Shown: positions 15,398 through 23,373 of the stretch, piece by piece
Position numbering within the stretch: the first letter of the stretch is position 1
Layout of the letters: every line of letters starts with the position of its first letter
Assembly (NCBI RefSeq): GCF_003945235.1
Contig: NZ_RSDW01000001.1
Span: 4,320,001 to 4,352,000, forward strand
Origin: Edaphobacter aggregans
Lineage (GTDB): Bacteria; Acidobacteriota; Terriglobia; Terriglobales; Acidobacteriaceae
DNA: 32,000 nucleotides
Direction of reading: 5' to 3'
Made by a program: the position numbers and the translations under genes
Notes under the pieces: generated by a model
Told to the model about the DNA's origin: nothing
Database searches by the model: none
The model's input: only the letters and a program-made list of their open reading frames with translations

Positions 15398-16221
15398 TTA
15401 AACCGAAAACTGAGGCGGCAACCCTCCGCCATCTCGATCCACCGCTGATTCGTCCACAGCCGTTCGCCCCCCGCATAACGTGCCGCAAACTCGCCAACGC
15501 GAGCGGCCTCATCATCATCAATCTGCGAGGCGTACCCCAAAATAAGCCGCCGCTTCCACGCCTCTCCCAAATCTGCCCGCTGATTCAGAACAGGCCGCAA
15601 CTCCTCATGCCACTTCGTCCCCGTCTCTTCACGAAGCGCCTGCAGATTGGTAGCCGCGCTCGGATGCGTCGCGGCGTAGGGTAAATCCTCATAAAACGCG
15701 CTGGGCAACTCCGTAGTCAGCGGCAGAGCAGCCTCCCTCACCGTCAGATGATCGACATGCTCGCCCAGCGCCAGCGGAAGCACCAGCGCATCCACATCTC
15801 CCGCGGCAACCCGCTGATCGAGTGTCTTGCGCAGCTTCCCAATTGCCGGATCCTCAGGATTAACCGCCAGATCGGAAACGTCTTCCGGCGCACAACGCAA
15901 CCGCAGCGGAGCATCCTTCAGATTGAGATCAACCATCTGCAAATTGGCCTTCGCAGCCCTAGGCAACTCGTCAATCATCTGCTGCACAAATCGCTCATCC
16001 TCCCGCCGCCGCATCGCCGACACATAGGAGAGCCGATCATTCTCATGTACAAACTCCGCATCGGAAAACGGCGCGTACAGGCTTCGGCTGAAGACGTTTA
16101 GAATCGTCACCTCATGCTCTACAGCCAGCCAGTTACCCATCGAGACAGCAACCGAAAAAGCCGCATCGCCGCGATGCGGGGAGAGAACAAGAATCTTCAT
16201 GCCGTCATCCTCAGCGCTCAT
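15394..16221 (-). CDS. PIG-L/LmbE-family deacetylase-like protein with a variant active-site motif
   Basis: MKILVLSPHRGDAAF aligns to the family's ...APHPDDE... motif. A later GEHVDHLTV matches HxDH. ATG 16221 makes an ATGA overlap with the upstream NUP-like gene. An alternative start is ATG 16200. Confidence 0.7.
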   Translation of the reverse strand: MSAEDDGMKILVLSPHRGDAAFSVAVSMGNWLAVEHEVTILNVFSRSLYAPFSDAEFVHENDRLSYVSAMRRREDERFVQQMIDELPRAAKANLQMVDLNLKDAPLRLRCAPEDVSDLAVNPEDPAIGKLRKTLDQRVAAGDVDALVLPLALGEHVDHLTVREAALPLTTELPSAFYEDLPYAATHPSAATNLQALREETGTKWHEELRPVLNQRADLGEAWKRRLILGYASQIDDDEAARVGEFAARYAGGERLWTNQRWIEMAEGCRLSFRFN

Positions 16222-17264
16222 TTTACCGGGATATGGTCGCGAGTCTGCGCCCAGTTCGCAACCAGTGAGTCCACCACAACGTGGCCCACGCGATAAGCAG
16301 CCTCAAGCGAAGGCATATACGCGCTGTACTTGGTTACCTTGGTCTCAGCAAGGCTCTCCGCAGCGTTAATGCCGATGCGCTGTTGGTCGAAGTTGCTGGC
16401 CGTGCGCAGCACCAGCACACGGTTGATATCGACCTTATGCGCCCGCGCCAGCCACGTCAGCGACTGCATCGTCCCCGTGTCCTCCATCCCGCATACGGTA
16501 TACGTGCCCTTGCCATCGGTCATGTATTTCACCCAATCGCGCGCCCACTGATTCATCAACTTGCCATGCCAGAACGTGCTCGCCGAAAGATTGTCCCCGC
16601 GCAACACAAACGGCGGACGATGCGCAGCCTCCCCCTCAAACTGCATCCGCCGTTCCTTGATCGCTGGCGTATCCGGCAGCTCCGTATCCTTCGTCAGATC
16701 GAAAGCCCAATTCACCAACGCCGAATTGAGATGATAGACATTCCCGTCGTCCCCAAACCGCTCCGTGCGAGGCTGCTCAAACGGAGTTGACTTCCCCAGC
16801 GGCACAAAACCAGTCGACCAGTCCTTCGGAATCTCTCGAGCATCCAGCTCATGCGCCAGATCGCCATCGACAATGTAATCCGACCATACCGCCGACCCCA
16901 GCGAACCCATCTGCGGATCGATCCCCGCAATCCCGGCAACCAAAAAGTAAGCATGAGTCAGATCGAACTGCGGATCGTTCCCCAAAGCCATGATCGTAGC
17001 CGTCGCCCGGGCCGTACCCACCCCGGTCAAGACACCCAGCACGCCGTCCTTGTTCATACGAAGATCGTGATAGCCCTGCGGAAACGGCAGCACTGTATCC
17101 AGATGCTCCCGCTCAACCCAATACTGATACTCACCGGGAACATCGCCCGTATCCGCACCCACCTCAAACATATTGACGACAACAACTTTGACCTCAATGG
17201 GCTTAGTCTGCGCAAAGGCGCACGGAGTCATTGCAAGTAGGAGCAGTGCAGAAAGAAGGCGCAT
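16218..17264 (-). CDS. Secreted NUP-family ('purine nucleoside permease', nucleoside-phosphorylase-like fold) protein
   Basis: Signal peptide MRLLSALLLLAMTPCAFA-Q. Blocks VKVVVVNMFE...GEYQYW and LTGVGTARATATIMALG...YFLVAGIAGIDP match my recollection of the NUP family (PF06516) and the phosphorylase-superfamily core. Confidence 0.7.
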   Translation of the reverse strand: MRLLSALLLLAMTPCAFAQTKPIEVKVVVVNMFEVGADTGDVPGEYQYWVEREHLDTVLPFPQGYHDLRMNKDGVLGVLTGVGTARATATIMALGNDPQFDLTHAYFLVAGIAGIDPQMGSLGSAVWSDYIVDGDLAHELDAREIPKDWSTGFVPLGKSTPFEQPRTERFGDDGNVYHLNSALVNWAFDLTKDTELPDTPAIKERRMQFEGEAAHRPPFVLRGDNLSASTFWHGKLMNQWARDWVKYMTDGKGTYTVCGMEDTGTMQSLTWLARAHKVDINRVLVLRTASNFDQQRIGINAAESLAETKVTKYSAYMPSLEAAYRVGHVVVDSLVANWAQTRDHIPVK

Positions 17265-17290
17265 AAACGATGGTAGCGCACAGGTTCATC

Positions 17291-17409
17291 ATGCAGTGCC
17301 TTTTGAGCATCAGCACGGCAAGAGCAAAGACAAAAGCGGATCCCTGCGGGACGACAACCAAAACGGCAACAACAACTGCAACTGCAGCGGCAACAATGGT
17401 ACGGTAATG
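17291..17409 (+). repeat. Dispersed short repeat, copy B (short tract)
   Basis: It begins ATGCAGT and has the core AGCAAAGACAAAAGCGGATCCCTGCGGGACGACAA (17323-17357). A GGCAAC/AAC-rich tract follows, and it ends GGCAACAATGGTACGGTAATG. Same orientation as copy A. Confidence 0.7.
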
Positions 17410-17417
17410 TGCTTTCC

Positions 17418-17453
17418 CAAAAAAGAAAACCCCGGATGGCCGGGGCTTTTCTT
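17418..17453 (-). terminator. Intrinsic terminator for the 800-aa lipoprotein gene (potentially bidirectional)
   Basis: GC stem CCCCGG (17430-17435) with CCGGGG (17440-17445), loop ATGG. On the minus strand it is followed by TTTTCTTTTTT, and on the plus strand by CTTTTCTT. A second 9-bp stem (GCGCCCTGT 17493-17501 with ACAGGGCGC 17527-17535) lies closer to the stop codon. Confidence 0.7.
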
Positions 17454-17548
17454 GCTCTTATCTATTCTATTTAGCAAATCGGGGAAATGATTGCGCCCTG
17501 TCATCTCAATGAATTCAAGCAAGATAACAGGGCGCGGGGCTTGACAGG

Positions 17549-19951
17549 TTAGGCGGTTGGCCTCCGTGGACGCTGGACTAGCATGTCTGGCGTGACGTTG
17601 GTTGCCGGATTGTCGGTGCCTGAACCGGTTGGGCCGTTCGGGGCAGGAATAAACGAGGGCAGGTTCGGCAGGATCGTCTGCTTGGCGTTGTCGGTTAGGG
17701 TGCCGGTGTCGATCAGATGCACAGCATTGTCGCCGGAGGTCCCGACGAAGAACGTCGTGTCGTCGGCGCTTGCTACTCCCGAAACCGGAGCCGTTGCCGA
17801 GCCAGTAAGCGTGACCGGCGTTAGGACTCCAGTTGCCGGTTTGTACGCCGGAAGAACACCCGAGCCTGTGTAGGTGATGATCGCCACGGAGGAGTCGGGG
17901 GTGGGCACGATGTTTGTGATTGCGGTGGCCGAGACGCCGAGCGGAACGGTCGTTGTCGATGTTCTCGTAAAGAAGTTCGGCGGTACGGTAGTGGGGCAGG
18001 ACTGGACGGGCAGTGTTACGCCGAAGTCCGCAAGTGTTGCGCCGCCGGCGACCGTTGCACCGAGGATGTGTTTTCCATCGGCTGTTGCGGCGACCCGGTC
18101 GGTCTGCACAACGGCCGAGTCGGCAAGAGGGTAGAACTCGTTGTTGAGCACCGACAGGTTGTCAGCGGAGATTGTGGTGCTGGTGCAGTAGCTGCGCGCG
18201 GTTGTCGTCGCTCCGGCAAAGTAGGCACCCACGCTTGGCACGGTTACCGATACATCAGAGGCCGGGGTGGTGGCGGATACGAGCGTCCATCCGGTGAATG
18301 CGGCGTGTACCAGGAGCTGGTTACTCGGCGTGATGACCGCAGGCGTCAAGGTGAGAGGGTTGGCTGGAGTGGTGACTGTGCCGGTGGTGATGTAGACAGT
18401 CTGGCTGTCAGGCGAGAACGAGGCGTGCGTTGCCACTCCTCCGTAGGTCGACGTTACGCCGCCGCTGGAGGCGTAGAGGTAGGTCTGACCCAGCGTAGGA
18501 TCGGTCACTACCAGCGTGGTCCCATCCGGTGAAACGGCCAGGACCAGTCCCTTGACGGTTGCGTCCTCGCGCGAGACCGAGTTGGTGAGCGCGTTCAAGA
18601 CCATGATCTCGTTTCCGCTGCCCATGTAGATCGACGAGCCGTCGTTGCTGATGACCATGGAGTTTGGTACGAAGGGAAGTTTGAGCGGTTGGCCGATCAC
18701 GTTCGTCGTGAAGTCGACTGGAACCATGTAGCGCGACTTGGTGCTCGCGATGTAAAGCAGGGTGCTGTTGGTGCCCGGCGTCGTCACCGAGATTGGATTC
18801 GAGGTGATGGGTTTGCCGTTGCCGAAGAGGCCAATCTGGTTGAAGGAGGATGAATTGCAGCTCGGTGGCTGGCAGATTGCCGTGATCGAGGCTGCACCGG
18901 GGAAAAGCGGCGTTACTGTGCCGCCCGAGGCTGCCGGAATGGTAGTCGGTGCCGTGGAGACGAACTCAAGACTCAGCCCAGTGAGAATCGTTCCATTTGT
19001 GTCTGTCACCACTGTGGTGATGGGCTGCGTGTTGTTCTGGTTCACGACGACACTGGTCTGGCCTCCGGTGCCTGTTGAATTGGGGATAGTCAACCGAATG
19101 GAGGCGGGGGGGCATGTCGAAAAGAACCCAGCCGAGCTGGCCGCGTTCGCGAGACTCGCGTTGACAATGGTGGAGCCTGGAGCCTGCGCCGTTGCTACAC
19201 CGTTCTCGTCGATCGATACGACGCCCGTTGTCTGAGCGGTGTAGGAGAGGTGACCGACCTGGCAGGTGATGTTGTCTGCAGGGTTGGTGGTGGCGTTCTG
19301 GTAGACCCTTGCTACAAGCTGGCCCGTAGTTCCCTGTGACAGGCAGGAGCCTGCGAGGTAGGGCGGCGCAGTGACGGTGGCCTGAGCGGCCAGTGGGCAG
19401 CAGTTCGAAGATGGATCGGGGTCGGTCGAACAGTTCTCTGTGGGGGTTGGATTCCCCAGCACGACACCAGTTACGACGGGATGGACGAAGATGGGCAGCG
19501 GGTTACTGCTGACGCCGCCTCCAGTCGCTACGACGAAGACCTCTCCAGTTTTGTTGGTCGGGTTGCAGGTGGTGAAATCGGCGATACCGGCGCCGGAGTT
19601 GCGGTTCCAAGTGCCGGCGCAGAGCTTGCCGGTGGTCGGCGCGACGTCAGCGATGGTCATATCGGCCCTGCCGTTGGCGTCGAAGATGCCGTAGGTGTAG
19701 GCGCTAATGGTCGCCGCCGTGCCTTTGCAGTCGGTTGCGGACGGAGCGCTGACCTGACCAATCTGCGAGAAGTTCAGCGAGATGCCGAAGATCCGGGGCT
19801 GCAGCGTAATGGCAAACGGCTGGCCGACGATCGGGCCGGAGGAGCCGCCATTGCAATACACCACCGGAGTGCCCTTCGAACAACCTGAGACCGAGATACC
19901 GAAAGGAATCGAAAAAAGAAGCAGTACCGCTAGAGTGACAAACCGACGCAT
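17549..19951 (-). CDS. Large surface lipoprotein: Cys-rich Ig-like (Big_2-like) domains plus C-terminal beta-propeller-like repeats
   Basis: Strong SD (GGGAGG, 5 nt before the ATG). The lipoprotein signal is MRRFVTLAVLLLFSIPFGISVSG-C. Big_2-like strings include VSIDENGVATAQAPGSTIVNASL. Repeated propeller-like blades are MVISNDGSSIYMG, LAVSPDGTTLVVTD, ASFSPDSQTVYITT, ATADGKHILGA. Overall S/T/N/G-rich. Confidence 0.75.
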   Translation of the reverse strand: MRRFVTLAVLLLFSIPFGISVSGCSKGTPVVYCNGGSSGPIVGQPFAITLQPRIFGISLNFSQIGQVSAPSATDCKGTAATISAYTYGIFDANGRADMTIADVAPTTGKLCAGTWNRNSGAGIADFTTCNPTNKTGEVFVVATGGGVSSNPLPIFVHPVVTGVVLGNPTPTENCSTDPDPSSNCCPLAAQATVTAPPYLAGSCLSQGTTGQLVARVYQNATTNPADNITCQVGHLSYTAQTTGVVSIDENGVATAQAPGSTIVNASLANAASSAGFFSTCPPASIRLTIPNSTGTGGQTSVVVNQNNTQPITTVVTDTNGTILTGLSLEFVSTAPTTIPAASGGTVTPLFPGAASITAICQPPSCNSSSFNQIGLFGNGKPITSNPISVTTPGTNSTLLYIASTKSRYMVPVDFTTNVIGQPLKLPFVPNSMVISNDGSSIYMGSGNEIMVLNALTNSVSREDATVKGLVLAVSPDGTTLVVTDPTLGQTYLYASSGGVTSTYGGVATHASFSPDSQTVYITTGTVTTPANPLTLTPAVITPSNQLLVHAAFTGWTLVSATTPASDVSVTVPSVGAYFAGATTTARSYCTSTTISADNLSVLNNEFYPLADSAVVQTDRVAATADGKHILGATVAGGATLADFGVTLPVQSCPTTVPPNFFTRTSTTTVPLGVSATAITNIVPTPDSSVAIITYTGSGVLPAYKPATGVLTPVTLTGSATAPVSGVASADDTTFFVGTSGDNAVHLIDTGTLTDNAKQTILPNLPSFIPAPNGPTGSGTDNPATNVTPDMLVQRPRRPTA

Positions 19952-20166
19952 TGAACCTCCCCGTCCAACCGGAATCTGAGTTGAACGGTTTTACCGCAAA
20001 CGCTGAATTCCCGAGGCTCCAGTGTAAAAGGCTGTGAGCAGAGTAAGCAAATCAGGGAGTAGGGAAGAGGGTGTAGGGAGCAGCCGGTAGAATCCAGACC
20101 GCTGTGAAGTATACACACTTTGCGGAATTTTTCAGATTCTCCTGATACTCCCTACGTGCTGTTTCA

Positions 20167-22299
20167 CTACTCTCCGCTCTTCTCTCCGTTTTTTGGCATC
20201 TCGGTCTCGAACCAGTTGAGGGCGCGCTCGAGGACGTCGCGGCGGTGTTCTGGGTCGCGGAAGCCGTGGCCTTCGTTGGGGTAGATGACGAGTTGGGTCT
20301 TGACTCCCTCGGCTCGGAGGGCGTGCCAGAACTCGAAGCTCTGTGGCGCGGGGCATTCGCCGTCGCGGTCACCTACTACTACGAGGGTGGGAGTCTTTAC
20401 GTTTTTGATGTACTCGATGGCGGAGCTCTTGGAGTAGATGGTGGGGTCGTCGTAGACAGTTGCGCCGAAGAAGGGAACCATCCACTGATCGATGGAGTTC
20501 TCGCCGTAGTAGCTCTTCCAATCACTGATGCCAGCGCCAGCGACCGCGGCTTTGAAGCGCGGTGTCTGGGTGACGCCGAACATGGTCATAAAGCCACCGT
20601 AGCTCCAGCCGGTGAGGCCTTCGCGATTTTTGTCGATAGGGAGGCGCTTCTCGATGGTGTCCATGCCGGCGAGGATGTCGCGCATGTCGCCATAGCCGAA
20701 GTCCTTCATGTTGGCCTGGGTGAACTTCTCGCCCTGACCGTAGCTACCGCGTGGGTTGGGCATGAAGACGAAGTAGCCGAGTGCGGAGAAGGGAACTCCG
20801 CCGTAGCCCACGCCGGGCCAGCGCGGGGTGACTGCGCTAGAGGGGCCGCCGTGGACGCTGACAATCATTGGATATTTTTTTGTGGGGTCGTAGTTGGCGG
20901 GATAAAGGAGCCAGCCCTGGACTTTGAAGCCGTCGTTGGTCCACTCGACGTTTTCGGTCTTGCCCCATGCGGGCTTGAGGCCTTCGTTGAGGTGGGTGAG
21001 TTGCTTCAGGTTGTCGACGGGACCGGCCCAGACTTCAGGCGCGCGCTCGAAGGAGCTACGGATGAGGGCGATAGTGTCCTTTTGCGAGATCGAGAGGCTC
21101 ATGACTGCGGTGCCGGAGCCGATGGATTCGGGGAAGGTGGCGTTGGCTTCAGCGACGTCGCTGCCGGTGTTCATGTCGATGGCGGTGATGTGGCTGTTGC
21201 CGCCGACGTGCTCGGTGAGGCCGATGATGTCAGGACGGACCCACTGGATGAAGGCTACGGAAGAGGCTCGGTCTGGCGTGAGATTTTTGGGCTCGCCACC
21301 GGTGGAGGGGATGAGGTAGATGTCGCCGCCGGTGGAGCCCTGGTCGCTCATGAGGCCGCCGATGAAGGCGATTTGTGAGCCGTCAGGGGACCAGCGGGGG
21401 ACGGCGATTTGCAGGCCGTGGAGTGGGCCGGAGATTTTTTGCGTGTTGAGTAGGGGTTTGGGGTCGTAGGTGCCCGGTAGAGCGGAGAATCCGCCCCGCC
21501 AGCCTGGGCTGAAAATTGTCTGAGTATAGAGTTTCGCGACCCACCAATTATTTTCTCCGGGCGGTGGCGCTGCGACGTAGGCAAGCTGTTTGGAATTGGG
21601 GGACCAGTCGAACTCGTAGACGTGCAGGTTGGCCGGAGTGGTTTGTGTGAATGATCCGCTTGCTATATCGACGACGGCTACACGCTGTATCTCTACGCCG
21701 TCTTCGCCGATGACTCCGGCCCAAGGTTTCATGGCGGCGAGGGCTCCGGCGCTGCGGGTGGCGTTCTCGACGAAGAGGAAGGCTATGGTTTTGCCGTCGG
21801 GTGACCAGGCGAGGGACTCGATGGCGCCGGTGAGGTGCGTTAGCTGCTTCGACTGGCCGGTTTTCTTGGACCAGATGAAGACTTGATCCTGTTCGGAGTC
21901 TTGCTCGCCTGCTGTGCAGGTTGACTGGAACGCCAGCCACTCGCCGTTTGGCGACCACACTGGACCTGAGCTTCCACAGCCGGGGGACATGGTTGCAGTG
22001 GTGATGTTTTTTTCTTTCGCGGGACCGGGATTTGCTACGTCGGTGAGATGGATCTGATATCCGCTATGTGTTCGCAGGGACCAGGCGACGGTGGCGCCAT
22101 CGGGGGAGATGGCGGCCTGAGATGGGGTGCGGGTCTTGCCGAGCATGTCGATCAAGGCGCCGATGCGGGGGTCTTTTGGAGCGGGGTTGGTGGCGGGTGA
22201 AGGCTGAGTTTGTGCGGCGGCAGGAGCAACGGCAAAAACTGCTGGAAGAAAAGTCAAGAAAGCGGCGAAGAAGAGCGGGCGAATCCGTACGAACGTCAT
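20167..22299 (-). CDS. S9-family serine peptidase (prolyl oligopeptidase/acylaminoacyl-peptidase type) with N-terminal beta-propeller
   Basis: Signal peptide MTFVRIRPLFFAAFLTFLPAVFAVAPAAA-Q. TolB/WD40-like propeller repeats are ISPDGATVAW, WSPNGEWLAF, WSPDGKTIAF, WSPDGSQIAF. The catalytic elbow is LTGWSYGGFMT, followed by GDRDGECP and NEGHGF. The ORF track starts at GTG 22305; ATG 22299 is preferred. Confidence 0.85.
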   Translation of the reverse strand: MTFVRIRPLFFAAFLTFLPAVFAVAPAAAQTQPSPATNPAPKDPRIGALIDMLGKTRTPSQAAISPDGATVAWSLRTHSGYQIHLTDVANPGPAKEKNITTATMSPGCGSSGPVWSPNGEWLAFQSTCTAGEQDSEQDQVFIWSKKTGQSKQLTHLTGAIESLAWSPDGKTIAFLFVENATRSAGALAAMKPWAGVIGEDGVEIQRVAVVDIASGSFTQTTPANLHVYEFDWSPNSKQLAYVAAPPPGENNWWVAKLYTQTIFSPGWRGGFSALPGTYDPKPLLNTQKISGPLHGLQIAVPRWSPDGSQIAFIGGLMSDQGSTGGDIYLIPSTGGEPKNLTPDRASSVAFIQWVRPDIIGLTEHVGGNSHITAIDMNTGSDVAEANATFPESIGSGTAVMSLSISQKDTIALIRSSFERAPEVWAGPVDNLKQLTHLNEGLKPAWGKTENVEWTNDGFKVQGWLLYPANYDPTKKYPMIVSVHGGPSSAVTPRWPGVGYGGVPFSALGYFVFMPNPRGSYGQGEKFTQANMKDFGYGDMRDILAGMDTIEKRLPIDKNREGLTGWSYGGFMTMFGVTQTPRFKAAVAGAGISDWKSYYGENSIDQWMVPFFGATVYDDPTIYSKSSAIEYIKNVKTPTLVVVGDRDGECPAPQSFEFWHALRAEGVKTQLVIYPNEGHGFRDPEHRRDVLERALNWFETEMPKNGEKSGE

Positions 22300-22386
22300 T
22301 TCCACAGCCTAGCAGTAAATTCGGCTGATTTTTGTGGCTGGATATGCTGGATTGCGTGTGAAGACGCCGGAAATCCTCGCGAAAAG

Positions 22387-22415
22387 TTGACGCAGAGCGG
22401 GTAAATTGCTATTGT
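22387..22415 (+). promoter_or_regulatory. Sigma-70-type promoter candidate far upstream of rpsL
   Basis: TTGACG (22387-22392), a 17-nt spacer, then TATTGT (22410-22415) with a TG at the extended -10 position (TGC immediately upstream). It would give a ~450-nt leader before rpsL. Confidence 0.4.
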
Positions 22416-22871
22416 TAGAGGGTTCCGCAAGTATCCGGGCCACGTTGTGGGGAAACTCATCATGTGGAGGGTGGAGAAAAGCCCAGCGATTCATGAAGGT
22501 TCTGCGCAAGCAGAAAAAGCAGAATTGCGCTACACTGGATACAGGGAAAGATAACCGCAGGGCTTCTGGAATTGGGGAAGCCGAAATCTGCGGCCCATCG
22601 AAAACGTGCCTGCGACACCCTCCACCTTGGATGGGCTATGCGGGCCGGGACAGCGAAACGGAGTCGGCTCTTCTGGAAAGATTGAGGACGCTCGGCCACC
22701 GTCGACTGTTTTCGTCTGGTTGTTCAGGTTCTACAGACGTGAAGCAGGGAAGATCTTCGCGTGAGACGCTTCAGCGTTCTCAGTTATCTGCATGTTTGCA
22801 TGCAGATACGAAGACACCAACCCTTCTGCACGCCTGACAAAAGTTTAGGTTTGCAACACCAAGGAGTTCGA

Positions 22872-23255
22872 GTGCCTACGTTCCATCAGCTCGTCAAGCA
22901 GGGCCGCACGCCCACACGTTATAAGACCGCCAGCCCCGCGCTCCAGGGTTCGCCCCAACGCCGTGGCGTTTGCACCCGCGTATACACGCAGACCCCGAAG
23001 AAGCCGAACTCAGCTCTCCGTAAGGTTGCCCGTGTTCGCCTCACCAACGGGATCGAGGTTACGACCTACATTCCCGGCATCGGCCACAACTTGCAGGAGC
23101 ACTCGATTGTGCTGATTCGCGGCGGCCGTGTGAAGGACCTGCCGGGTGTTCGCTACCACGTTGTGCGTGGAACGCTGGACTCGGTCGGCGTCGCCAACCG
23201 GAAGCAGAGCCGCTCGAAGTATGGAGCGAAGCGTCCGAAGGCTGCAGCCAAGTAA
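22872..23255 (+). CDS. rpsL: 30S ribosomal protein S12
   Basis: GTG 22872 is preceded by AAGGAG (22861-22866). The product [12 protein letters not shown]...[19 protein letters not shown]...[14 protein letters not shown] is collinear with S12. The ORF track's upstream start (22761) adds non-homologous residues. Confidence 0.95.
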   Translation: MPTFHQLVKQGRTPTRYKTASPALQGSPQRRGVCTRVYTQTPKKPNSALRKVARVRLTNGIEVTTYIPGIGHNLQEHSIVLIRGGRVKDLPGVRYHVVRGTLDSVGVANRKQSRSKYGAKRPKAAAK

Positions 23256-23373
23256 GTTTCCCGTTTCTCCGTCGTCGGTTCTCAGTAATGGCGGCGGGGA
23301 GTGAGTGATTGGTTTGATTAGGCCCAGCTCGTGAGAAGTCACCGCGCTGGGGGAAGAAGAGAGAAGAGAAAGA

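Noticed and set aside
16203-16216. CGTCATCCTCAGCG at the NUP/PIG-L junction resembles the trmFO insert core CGTCATCCTGAGCG (13 of 14 positions).
   Set aside because: The similarity does not extend beyond 14 nt. It lies in overlapping coding sequence and is most likely coincidental. A genome-wide repeat census would settle it.
17265-17548. A replication origin or dif/terminus at the skew switch points (also 9781-10080).
   Set aside because: There are no clustered DnaA boxes; the best matches to TTATCCACA are 6 of 9. No dnaA or dnaN lies nearby. No dif-like inverted arms flank TGTATA at about 9955. Three switches in 32 kb cannot all be ori or ter.
22406-22837. A 143-aa ORF filling the gap upstream of rpsL.
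   Set aside because: It has a TTG start with no SD. Its composition is not protein-like (no hydrophobic core, rich in R/S/G/C). It spans several strong RNA hairpins. It is better treated as non-coding leader or RNA.
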